Source: Psychrobacter cryohalolentis K5
GTDB lineage: Bacteria; Pseudomonadota; Gammaproteobacteria; Pseudomonadales; Moraxellaceae
NCBI RefSeq assembly: GCF_000013905.1
Contig: NC_007969.1
Span: forward strand, 2,340,001 to 2,372,000
Direction: 5' to 3'
Length of the DNA: 32,000 bases
Shown: positions 1 through 7,859 of the stretch, one piece after another
How the letters are laid out: the number at the start of each line of letters is the position of its first letter
How positions within the stretch are numbered: the first letter of the stretch is position 1
Position numbers and translations under genes: made by a program
The notes under the pieces: model-generated
Seen by the model: the letters and a program-made list of their open reading frames with translations, nothing else
Database searches by the model: none
What the model was told of the DNA's origin: nothing

Positions 1-1159
1 AGCTATTGCACGCATCGCCAAGCAGTTTGATAGATTGCAACAAGTTAAACGCGATAACTGGCTTATAAACGTTTAGCTCAAAGTTACCTGACGCGCCTGC
101 CATGCTGATAGTGACATCGTTACCCATGACTTGCGCCACAACCATGGTCATTGCTTCTGACTGCGTTGGGTTTACTTTGCCCGGCATGATAGAAGAGCCT
201 GGCTCATTCTCAGGAATCGTCAACTCGCCCAAACCACAACGAGGACCTGATGCCAACCAACGTACGTCGTTAGCGATTTTATTCAAGCTACTTGCTAGCG
301 TTTTTAATGCGCCTGACGCAAATACTTCGGCATCACGAGCAGCTAGTGCTTCAAATTTATTCGGTGACGTCACAAATGGAAGACCAGACAATGTCGCCAA
401 TTGCTCAGCTGATTTTACTGCATAATCAGGATGGGCGTTTAGACCTGTACCAACCGCCGTACCGCCTAATGGCAATTCATACAAGCCTTGTAGCGCATTA
501 TCAATACGTACCAATGAATGATCAAGTTGGCTAACATAGCCGCTAAACTCTTGACCTAAAGTCAAAGGCGTGGCGTCTTGTAAATGCGTACGACCGATTT
601 TCACGATGCTATCGAATTCTTTTGCTTTAGCATCTAGCGTATCACGCAGGGCTTTTACCGCTGGAATCAATAAGCCGTTGATTTCACGAGCAGCGGCAAC
701 ACGAATCGCCGTTGGGAAGCTATCATTGGTAGATTGAGCATGATTTACATGGTCATTTGGGTGAATCGGCGTATAGCTGCCGCGCGCGTTCCCTGCGATT
801 TCATTGGCACGATTCGCTAATACTTCATTCATATTCATGTTTGATTGAGTACCAGAACCGGTCTGCCAAACGACTAGCGGAAACTGATCGGTTAGACCAC
901 CGTTGATAACTTCATCAGCAGCTTGTACGATTAAATCGCGCTTATCATCTTCGATACGCTCAAGGCTCGCATTGGTAATCGCAGCGGCTTTTTTGACCAG
1001 TGCCATCGCTTCAATCATCGGACGCGGCAAGGTCTCGCCACCGATTTTAAAGTTTTCGCGGCTACGTTGGGTTTGTGCACCCCAATAAGCGTCAGCTGGG
1101 ACTTCTACATTGCCCATGGTGTCTTTTTCGGTACGAGTTGCCTGATTCTGTGTTGACAT
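1..1159 (-). CDS. fumC: Class II fumarate hydratase (FumC), N-terminal ~386 codons; the 3' end runs off the window
   Basis: My own minus-strand translation from the ATG at 1159-1157 gives [37 protein letters not shown]... It contains [35 protein letters not shown] and [16 protein letters not shown], the signature blocks of the fumarase/aspartase family. It is absent from the ORF track because it has no stop in the window. Confidence 0.93.
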   Translation of the reverse strand, partial: MSTQNQATRTEKDTMGNVEVPADAYWGAQTQRSRENFKIGGETLPRPMIEAMALVKKAAAITNASLERIEDDKRDLIVQAADEVINGGLTDQFPLVVWQTGSGTQSNMNMNEVLANRANEIAGNARGSYTPIHPNDHVNHAQSTNDSFPTAIRVAAAREINGLLIPAVKALRDTLDAKAKEFDSIVKIGRTHLQDATPLTLGQEFSGYVSQLDHSLVRIDNALQGLYELPLGGTAVGTGLNAHPDYAVKSAEQLATLSGLPFVTSPNKFEALAARDAEVFASGALKTLASSLNKIANDVRWLASGPRCGLGELTIPENEPGSSIMPGKVNPTQSEAMTMVVAQVMGNDVTISMAGASGNFELNVYKPVIAFNLLQSIKLLGDACNS

Positions 1160-1302
1160 AACTACCCTCTTTGATGGTTTGGTAATGAATGGTTTGTCAT
1201 AAAAAGTGCAACAGCTGCTGCACACAAAGAAAAATACGCTGTAAAGTGGCGTTATGATAGCATGACTTATCACAAATTTCTCCACGTCCGTGAGGGTAAC
1301 TG

Positions 1303-2013
1303 ATGTCTAAGAGCACCAGCCAACAACAATCTACCAGTTCGCTACCTGAGTTATCTACCGTGAGCAGTCAAGCTACTAATAATGTGCAAATAGCTGATAC
1401 CATTAGCAACCCACCCAGACGCCATTTCACTCGCCAGCGTCGTAGGCTCTTGGATAATGAGCGTAAACAATACGCACGCATGGCAAGCTTGCATTTAATC
1501 AAGCTACAGCAACGCTTACCGCCGAATGCACGTATCGGCTTATATTATGATGGCTTTGGTGAGCTACCCACTCAGCCAATTTTGGATTGGTGTCAACGCT
1601 TAGGCTATTTGCCGTATTTGCCGGTGGTCGGCTCATTTGGTCGTACTAGCAATGGCTTGGAAGATAAACGATTGCGCTTTGTGCCTATTTATCATGCAAA
1701 GTTATTAAATGTACCGACACGCATTCATAGCTTAGGCATGAAGCAAAACCATCATCGCCGATTGCTATGGGCAGCAGAATTAGATGTGATTATTTGTCCG
1801 TTAGTGGCGGTCGATAAAAATGGCAATCGTATGGGTATGGGTGGTGGCTTTTATGACACAACTCTAGGTAATAGCTATCGGTCTGGCGCTGAAAAACCGC
1901 TAAAGATAGGCTGGTGCTATGACTTTCAAGTGGTTGAGCAACTAGAGCGTCAATCATGGGATGTGCCGTTAGATGCCATAATTACGCCAAGTGGCTTGAG
2001 GTGGTTTCGATGA
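1303..2013 (+). CDS. ygfA: 5-formyltetrahydrofolate cyclo-ligase (MTHFS/YgfA family) with a ~40-aa S/T/Q-rich N-terminal extension
   Basis: The 236-aa ORF has TRQRRRLL...ER near the point where E. coli YgfA starts (MIRQRRRAL). It also has [28 protein letters not shown] and [13 protein letters not shown], matching the YgfA C-terminal core. The start codon is uncertain; in-frame GTGs lie further downstream. Confidence 0.85.
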   Translation: MSKSTSQQQSTSSLPELSTVSSQATNNVQIADTISNPPRRHFTRQRRRLLDNERKQYARMASLHLIKLQQRLPPNARIGLYYDGFGELPTQPILDWCQRLGYLPYLPVVGSFGRTSNGLEDKRLRFVPIYHAKLLNVPTRIHSLGMKQNHHRRLLWAAELDVIICPLVAVDKNGNRMGMGGGFYDTTLGNSYRSGAEKPLKIGWCYDFQVVEQLERQSWDVPLDAIITPSGLRWFR

Positions 2014-2243
2014 ATGATAATAAGAAATCTCTAGATACTAACTCTAGTGCAGAGAATGTCGAACAACATTTGCAAGAGTTAGAAAAAGCGGATTATGAGC
2101 GGCTTTATTATAGTCAAGAGCAGACTTTTAGCGCTGACGAGTTAGCAAATACTATCAATGAACGCCGTTTAAATGAATTAATGGCGCAAAGTGATGAATT
2201 TTTGAGTGGGTTAAATAGTGAGATTGAGGATTTTGATGAGTAA
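2010..2243 (+). CDS. Small, very acidic hypothetical protein (77 aa)
   Basis: The ATG at 2010 overlaps the ygfA stop (ATGA, 2010-2013). The frame stays open to 2243 and gives [34 protein letters not shown]...EIEDFDE. I recognise no family. The ORF-track start at 1956 would overlap ygfA by 58 nt and seems less likely. Confidence 0.5.
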   Translation: MNDNKKSLDTNSSAENVEQHLQELEKADYERLYYSQEQTFSADELANTINERRLNELMAQSDEFLSGLNSEIEDFDE

Positions 2244-2278
2244 TTTATTAGTTAATTTAACATCACTTTATTACTAAG

Positions 2279-2494
2279 CTAGCCTATTTCTAACTTACGA
2301 ATTAAATCTATTATATAATTACGCTCTTCTTCGTATTTAGCCTTATCAATAGCAAATACTTCCATATAAGGATCACTTCTCACATACGACCATTGTATTA
2401 ATTCAGGATCGCTCTTTGATTTTTCAGATAATAGAACTCTAAGCCCTTGTAACAACAACTCTATTTCAGGTTGACTAAAATCTTGAATATTCAT
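2279..2494 (-). CDS. Hypothetical 71-aa protein in a locally AT-rich patch
   Basis: The ORF gives MNIQDFSQPEIELLLQGLRVLL...DLIRKLEIG. It looks helical and charged, and I recognise no family. It lies downstream of the transporter gene, beyond a hairpin. To the eye, its sequence is clearly more AT-rich than the flanking genes. Confidence 0.45.
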   Translation of the reverse strand: MNIQDFSQPEIELLLQGLRVLLSEKSKSDPELIQWSYVRSDPYMEVFAIDKAKYEEERNYIIDLIRKLEIG

Positions 2495-2562
2495 AATAGC
2501 TATCCTGCATTTAATAGATTGTATTTTCTAAAGGTTAGCGTTGATTAAAAATTAATGAAAGC

Positions 2563-2589
2563 TGTAGGGTGCATACGGCACACCCTACA
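2563..2589 (-). terminator. Stem-loop downstream of the transporter gene; possible weak intrinsic terminator
   Basis: TGTAGGGTG (2563-2571) pairs with CACCCTACA (2581-2589) around a 9-nt loop. It sits 32 nt after the minus-strand stop at 2621. The trailing U-tract on the minus strand is poor (AGCUUUCAUUAAUUUUU). Confidence 0.4.
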
Positions 2590-2620
2590 AAACTACTGAG
2601 AATTTTACAAATATTAAAAC

Positions 2621-3982
2621 CTACAATACCATCGCTGCAATCCAACCAAAGATCAATAACGGAATATTGTAATGGATAAAGGTTGGCACCACGCTGTCTT
2701 TGATATGGTCATGTTGTCCATCAACATTTAGACCAGAGGTGGGACCCAATGTTGAATCTGACGCTGGAGAACCGGCATCACCAAGCGCACCAGCCGTTCC
2801 AATAATAGCTACTGTTGCCAATGGCGAAAACCCAAGCGAAATACAAAGTGGGACATAAATCGCTGCCAAAATTGGAATGGTCGAAAAGGATGAGCCAATA
2901 CCCATAGTTACAATCAAGCCAATGAGTAACATAATAAATGCTGCCATCGCTTTGTTACCAGCAAACAACGATGCCGCTCCATCGACCAATGGCTGTATTT
3001 GCTCAGTCGCTTTCATGACTTCCGCAAACCCTTGTGCCGTAATCATAATAAAGCCAATCATTGCCATCAGCTTGATACCGTCATTAAAGACCGTATCGGC
3101 ATCACGCCATTTGACGACGCCTGTCGCCATAAAGACGCCAAAACCAAACATAGATCCTAGTAATAGTGAATCAGTATATAGCTGCACCACAAAAGCAGTG
3201 ACAATCGCTGCAATCGCCACTAGCGTCTTCATTTTACTTTGTGTTTTTGCAGTAGCCGCGGTTTTGCTTAACTCGTCACCTTCTAACACTTCATCATGTG
3301 CAGCTTTATCAATTGCTAGCTGCTGATACTGACGCGGTTTACGATAGCTGATAAATACAGCAATCAGTAAGCCCACGAACATACCCAAAGCGGGAATCGC
3401 CATGGCTTTGGTCACCGAGATATTACTGATATCGATACCCGCTTCACCAACATTTTTGAGCATGATTTGATTGAGATAAATATCGCCAAACCCATAAGGA
3501 ATAAACATATAAGTCGTGACAAGTCCAAAGGTAATCAAACAAGCAATCAGGCGTCTATCAATATGCATGCGGTTAAATGCCAATAATAATGGCGGCACAA
3601 GCAAGGGAATAAAGGCAATATGAATGGGGATTAAGTTTTGACTAAAGCAGCTCATAGTGACAAGACCTGCAAACAGCATGTATTTAATCATGCCACTGGT
3701 GCCGCCTGCATCAATGCGCTTAATCACTGCCCCTGCCAAAGATTGTGGCAAGCCGGAATGCGCAATTGCTACTGCAAACGCACCTAACAGCGCATAAGAC
3801 AGCGCGATTTGTGCGCCGTTTTTAATCCCTTCTTGAAAGGCGTTCAAGGTATCAGTCATACCGAGACCAGCGATGAGTCCACCTGCCAGCGCACCGATTA
3901 ACAAACTGAGCACGACGTGCACTCGCGCTAGTGACAACCCTAGCATGATGACAACTGCCAGTAGTACCGCATTAATGGTCAT
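2621..3982 (-). CDS. Na+/H+ antiporter-family membrane transporter, YuiF-like (putative amino-acid/histidine transporter)
   Basis: The 453-aa protein is polytopic. Both ends resemble B. subtilis YuiF as I recall it: N-terminus MTINAVLLAVVIMLGLSLARVHVVLSLLIGALAGG, and C-terminus GDAGSPASDSTLGPTSGL..DGQHDHI..VPTFIHYNIPLLIFGWIAAMVL. Confidence 0.75.
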   Translation of the reverse strand: MTINAVLLAVVIMLGLSLARVHVVLSLLIGALAGGLIAGLGMTDTLNAFQEGIKNGAQIALSYALLGAFAVAIAHSGLPQSLAGAVIKRIDAGGTSGMIKYMLFAGLVTMSCFSQNLIPIHIAFIPLLVPPLLLAFNRMHIDRRLIACLITFGLVTTYMFIPYGFGDIYLNQIMLKNVGEAGIDISNISVTKAMAIPALGMFVGLLIAVFISYRKPRQYQQLAIDKAAHDEVLEGDELSKTAATAKTQSKMKTLVAIAAIVTAFVVQLYTDSLLLGSMFGFGVFMATGVVKWRDADTVFNDGIKLMAMIGFIMITAQGFAEVMKATEQIQPLVDGAASLFAGNKAMAAFIMLLIGLIVTMGIGSSFSTIPILAAIYVPLCISLGFSPLATVAIIGTAGALGDAGSPASDSTLGPTSGLNVDGQHDHIKDSVVPTFIHYNIPLLIFGWIAAMVL

Positions 3983-4207
3983 ATTCTCGCCCTTTACCCT
4001 ATATTTTTTAGCCTGCCATTGACAACATTGCTGACCTATTTATTTAACCCTAGCACTTTAATCCACACAGTTGCTATTTGAACGGAGCGATTAAGACGCG
4101 CGCTATTTTACCTGATTTTATGACTAAAACCCACGCGCAAAACCAAATAGCCTGAAGAGAAAAAGTAGATAAAGGCACAATATTCTCTCAACTGTTGATA
4201 ACAGAGC

Positions 4208-4235
4208 CTTGCAATTTTATATAGCAGCACCATTT
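4208..4235 (+). promoter_or_regulatory. Candidate sigma32 (heat-shock) promoter of lon
   Basis: CTTGCAA (4208-4214), a 13-nt spacer, then CACCATTT (4228-4235). The E. coli sigma32 consensus is CTTGAAA-N13-15-CCCCATnT. The site is about 55 nt upstream of the lon ATG. E. coli lon is a known sigma32 regulon member. Confidence 0.45.
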
Positions 4236-4291
4236 ATCTAAACATGAACCACTAACTTGACTTTACAAGTCTGGTGAACGAGGAAGAATAT

Positions 4292-6916
4292 ATGAGTGAA
4301 CATAAAATTGATAAAGACAATATCGACATCGATGTCGACGTATCACCTAACGTTGCTGATGACAACAAGCAGCAAAGTGAGCTAGAAAACGAGCAACAGA
4401 ACGAGCTAAAAACCTCGTCTGATAACGCAGTAGAAAACAAGTCAGCGTCTGACGCTGATCAGGAAGATGACACTGCGAAAGACAGTAAAGAAGATGCTGT
4501 TGAAGACTATCTGCCATTATTGGCACTGCGCGATGTCGTTGTTTATCCGCATATGCAAATTGCCTTGTTTGTCGGTCGTGAGCCTTCAGTCAAAGCGGTT
4601 GAATTGGCGCAAGCTGAGTACGGCAATAAGGTTTTGGTCGTTGCTCAAAAAGACTCGCTCACCGAAGACATTGATCACGATAACTTATACCAATACGGCA
4701 CAGTATGTCGTATCGTCAGCACCATGCCACATGATAGCGATGAGAATTGCATCAAAGTATTGATCGAAGGTCAATATCGCGCTCGTGTTGATTCGATAGA
4801 GAGTCATGATGATTTATTGATGGCAGGCTTTGAGCGTGCAGACCTTGATGTCAGCATGGATGAAAGCCAGCAGAAAAACACGATTCAAGCTTTAACCTCG
4901 CTGTTTGAAAGCTATGCCGATGCACGTTTACGTAATGCGCGTGAGCTAACGCGCGTTGCAAAACGTATCGATGATTTGCTTGAGTTGGTCTACTTTATCT
5001 CAACTCGTGTGTCGATGGATCTTGATATCAAACAGTCATTTTTAGAGCAAAATGATATCAAAACTCATATCAACACTTTGACCGAATACTTGGTCAAGCA
5101 AAGTGCTGAGCAAAACATCGAACAAGATATCCAAGAAGCTGTCCGTCAACAAATGGAAGACAATCAGCGCGAATACTTCTTAAACGAGAAGATGAAAGCC
5201 ATTAAAAACGAGCTGTCAGATATGAATGACGGTGCGTTCGATGGTGAAGATGACGTGGCTGAGCTTGAACAACGTCTTGATGAAGCTGACTTGCCAGAAG
5301 ATGTGCGCAAAAAAGCTGAGCAAGAAATGAAAAAGCTCAAAATGATGCCACCGGCTTCGAGCGAATCTTCAGTAGTGCGTAACTATATTGAATGGATTTT
5401 GGACACGCCGTGGAATGCGACGACTAAAGTTTCTATCAATTTAGATAAAGCTAAAACTGTCCTAGATGAAGACCATTATGGCTTACAAGATGTCAAAGAT
5501 CGCATCTTAGAGTATCTCGCTGTACAATCACGAGTGAAAAAACTGCGCGGTCCTATTCTTTGCTTAGTCGGTCCTCCGGGTGTTGGTAAAACTTCATTGG
5601 GCGAATCAATTGCTCGTGCAACCGGTCGCAAGTTTGTACGTATGGCGCTTGGCGGCGTACGTGATGAAGCGGAGATTCGTGGTCATCGCCGTACGTATAT
5701 CGGTGCAATGCCAGGTAAAATCGTGCAGTCATTGGCAAAGGTAGAAGTTAAAAACCCGCTATTCTTATTAGATGAAATCGATAAGATGGCGCATGATTTC
5801 CGTGGTGATCCAGCATCAGCATTGCTTGAAGTGTTAGACCCATCACAGAATGATACTTTCAATGACCATTATTTAGATATGGACTTAGATTTATCACAAG
5901 TGATGTTTATCTGTACCGCTAACAGTATGGATATTCCAGCCGCGCTACTTGACCGTATGGAAGTTATTCGCCTACCGGGTTATACCGAAGCAGAAAAAGT
6001 GAATATCGCCCAGAAGTATCTAGTGCCAAAAGCCATTAAAAATAACGGTCTCAAAGAAGGCGAGATTGAGATTGTAGAAGCGGCATTGCATAGCATCGTC
6101 CGTAGCTATACACGTGAAGCGGGTGTACGTAACCTTGAGCGTGAAGTGAATAAAATCTGCCGTAAAGTGGTTCGCGGTTCGGTTGAAACGCATGGTGCCC
6201 GCGCTCCGAAAAAAGCAGAACGTGAGCTGGTCGTGGTCGATGACAAAAACATCGATGACTATCTAGGTGTCCATCAGTATGACTATGGTCTAGCGGAAGA
6301 AGAGCCTGAGATTGGTCGTATTACTGGGCTTGCATGGACACAAGTCGGTGGTGAGCTACTCACTATCGAAGCGGTTGCGATGAAAGGCAAAGGTGAGCTT
6401 ATCTTTACCGGTTCACTCGGCGATGTGATGAAAGAATCTATCCGTGCAGCGATGAGTGTAGTACGTGCTCGCGGCGATAGCTTAGGGATTGATTACGAGA
6501 CCTTTAAAACGACTGACGTCCACGTACATATGCCAGAAGGCGCCACTCCAAAAGATGGTCCATCTGCTGGTGGTGCGCTAACGACAGCTTTAGTATCTGC
6601 CTTAACTGGTATTGCTATTCGTCCAGATATTGCCATGACAGGTGAGATTACCCTGCGTGGTAAAATCTTACGTATCGGTGGTCTTAAAGAGAAACTGCTC
6701 GCAGCGCATCGTGGTGGTATCAAGCATGTGTTGATTCCAGATACTAACGAGCGTGACTTAGCCGACATCCCTGATAACGTCAAAGAAGGCTTAACCATTC
6801 AGCCAGTCGCGACGATTGATGAGATATTAAAAGTAGCGTTGGTCAGTATGCCAGTACCAATTAAACCTGCCAAAGTAACGGTTGATAAGACCAAAGGTAA
6901 AGCGCTACACAATTAA
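4292..6916 (+). CDS. lon: ATP-dependent Lon protease (LonA) with a ~75-aa acidic N-terminal extension
   Basis: LPLLALRDVVVYPHMQIALFVGR marks the Lon N-domain start. Walker A is GPPGVGKTS, Walker B is LFLLDEIDK, and the catalytic-Ser motif is PKDGPSAGG, followed by GGLKEKLLAAHRGG. I prefer the ATG at 4292 (GAGGAAG 7-13 nt upstream) over the track's GTG at 4274. Confidence 0.95.
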   Translation: MSEHKIDKDNIDIDVDVSPNVADDNKQQSELENEQQNELKTSSDNAVENKSASDADQEDDTAKDSKEDAVEDYLPLLALRDVVVYPHMQIALFVGREPSVKAVELAQAEYGNKVLVVAQKDSLTEDIDHDNLYQYGTVCRIVSTMPHDSDENCIKVLIEGQYRARVDSIESHDDLLMAGFERADLDVSMDESQQKNTIQALTSLFESYADARLRNARELTRVAKRIDDLLELVYFISTRVSMDLDIKQSFLEQNDIKTHINTLTEYLVKQSAEQNIEQDIQEAVRQQMEDNQREYFLNEKMKAIKNELSDMNDGAFDGEDDVAELEQRLDEADLPEDVRKKAEQEMKKLKMMPPASSESSVVRNYIEWILDTPWNATTKVSINLDKAKTVLDEDHYGLQDVKDRILEYLAVQSRVKKLRGPILCLVGPPGVGKTSLGESIARATGRKFVRMALGGVRDEAEIRGHRRTYIGAMPGKIVQSLAKVEVKNPLFLLDEIDKMAHDFRGDPASALLEVLDPSQNDTFNDHYLDMDLDLSQVMFICTANSMDIPAALLDRMEVIRLPGYTEAEKVNIAQKYLVPKAIKNNGLKEGEIEIVEAALHSIVRSYTREAGVRNLEREVNKICRKVVRGSVETHGARAPKKAERELVVVDDKNIDDYLGVHQYDYGLAEEEPEIGRITGLAWTQVGGELLTIEAVAMKGKGELIFTGSLGDVMKESIRAAMSVVRARGDSLGIDYETFKTTDVHVHMPEGATPKDGPSAGGALTTALVSALTGIAIRPDIAMTGEITLRGKILRIGGLKEKLLAAHRGGIKHVLIPDTNERDLADIPDNVKEGLTIQPVATIDEILKVALVSMPVPIKPAKVTVDKTKGKALHN

Positions 6917-6930
6917 TAAGTTAACGTAAG

Positions 6931-6966
6931 AAAAAGACCGTAATATTAGTTACGGTCTTTTTTTTG
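6931..6966 (+). terminator. Rho-independent terminator of lon
   Basis: AAGACCGTAA (6934-6943) pairs with TTACGGTCTT (6950-6959) around a 6-nt loop, and is followed by a T-run to 6966. Confidence 0.8.
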
Positions 6967-7190
6967 TTCAGGATTTTTAAATTTGCTATTTATTTTCTCT
7001 TGGATTAAATCCCTTCAAATATGATAGGAAGATATCCTACTTAAGTTACCTTCTTTTAAAAATCATATGATACTTACATTTATTAACCGATTGTTGCGCT
7101 TTTAGTGAATAACTCCTTCAAGCGCCTAGCTATACTGATACAGTAAATCATTGATGATATCAAAAACAAAAATTTAAAACGGAGATAATA

Positions 7191-7748
7191 ATGAATAAGA
7201 CAATGCTTGCAAGTGCACTATTATGTGGTTCTGCTTTAGCAATGACGGGTTGCCAAACGGTAGAAAGTCAGATGCAAACAGGCAATCCTCTAAACCAACC
7301 TGTTTTAAAGTCGACCATTAATGCTGTTACTGGTGATAAAAATGAAGTCGGGCAAATGTTTTTACGCCCCGTTGATGGCGGTGTACAAGTATATGGTAAG
7401 CTGATGAACTTGCAGCCGGGTCAGACCGTGTCGCTACATATCCATGAAACAGGAAGCTGTGGCAATATGGGTAAAGCAGCAGGTGGGCATTTTAATCCAG
7501 ATAATAAGCCACACTCTAACCCAGATGACATGAATGGCCATGCAGGCGACTTACCTAATCTAACGGCTAATGCGGATGGTGTCGCAACTATCAATTATGT
7601 GAATAAGAAAATTTCTGCCGCTGATGCTGGTAAATACAGCGTCAATCGCCTAGCCTTTATCGTGCATAGTGGCGTTGATGATTACACCAGTCAGCCAGCT
7701 GGTAATGCCGGTGATCGCGTCGCTTGCGGTATCATCGAAAAAAGATAA
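7191..7748 (+). CDS. sodC: Cu,Zn superoxide dismutase, predicted lipoprotein
   Basis: There is a signal peptide with the lipobox LAMTG|C. Metal-ligand blocks are HIHETGSCG, GGHFNP, HAGDLPN, IVHSG and GDRVACGII. The RBS GGAGA lies 7 nt upstream. Confidence 0.9.
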   Translation: MNKTMLASALLCGSALAMTGCQTVESQMQTGNPLNQPVLKSTINAVTGDKNEVGQMFLRPVDGGVQVYGKLMNLQPGQTVSLHIHETGSCGNMGKAAGGHFNPDNKPHSNPDDMNGHAGDLPNLTANADGVATINYVNKKISAADAGKYSVNRLAFIVHSGVDDYTSQPAGNAGDRVACGIIEKR

Positions 7749-7784
7749 TTCATAGTCCATAATCACAGCTTCGATTTTAAATCA

Positions 7785-7820
7785 TAAAAAAACCTCTTAG
7801 ATTGTCTAAGAGGTTTTTTT
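7785..7820. terminator. Bidirectional intrinsic terminator between convergent sodC and topA
   Basis: AAAAAAACCTCTTAG-ATTGT-CTAAGAGGTTTTTTT forms a 9-bp stem flanked by an A-run and a T-run. Confidence 0.8.
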
Positions 7821-7859
7821 ATAGCCTAAAACTACTGACAGCTTAAAGGTAAAAGAAAT

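Noticed and set aside
1160-1500. Possible 6S RNA (ssrS) upstream of or overlapping the ygfA start, as in E. coli
   Set aside because: The spacer is only 143 bp. I could not find the long 5'/3' closing-stem complementarity or central-bubble architecture by eye. The short resemblance at 1276 to the E. coli 6S 5' end is not matched by a 3' arm. It needs a covariance-model search to settle.
4274-4291. GTG start for lon given by the ORF track
   Set aside because: The ATG at 4292 has a well-spaced GAGGAAG Shine-Dalgarno sequence, while the GTG at 4274 has none. Only 6 codons are affected.
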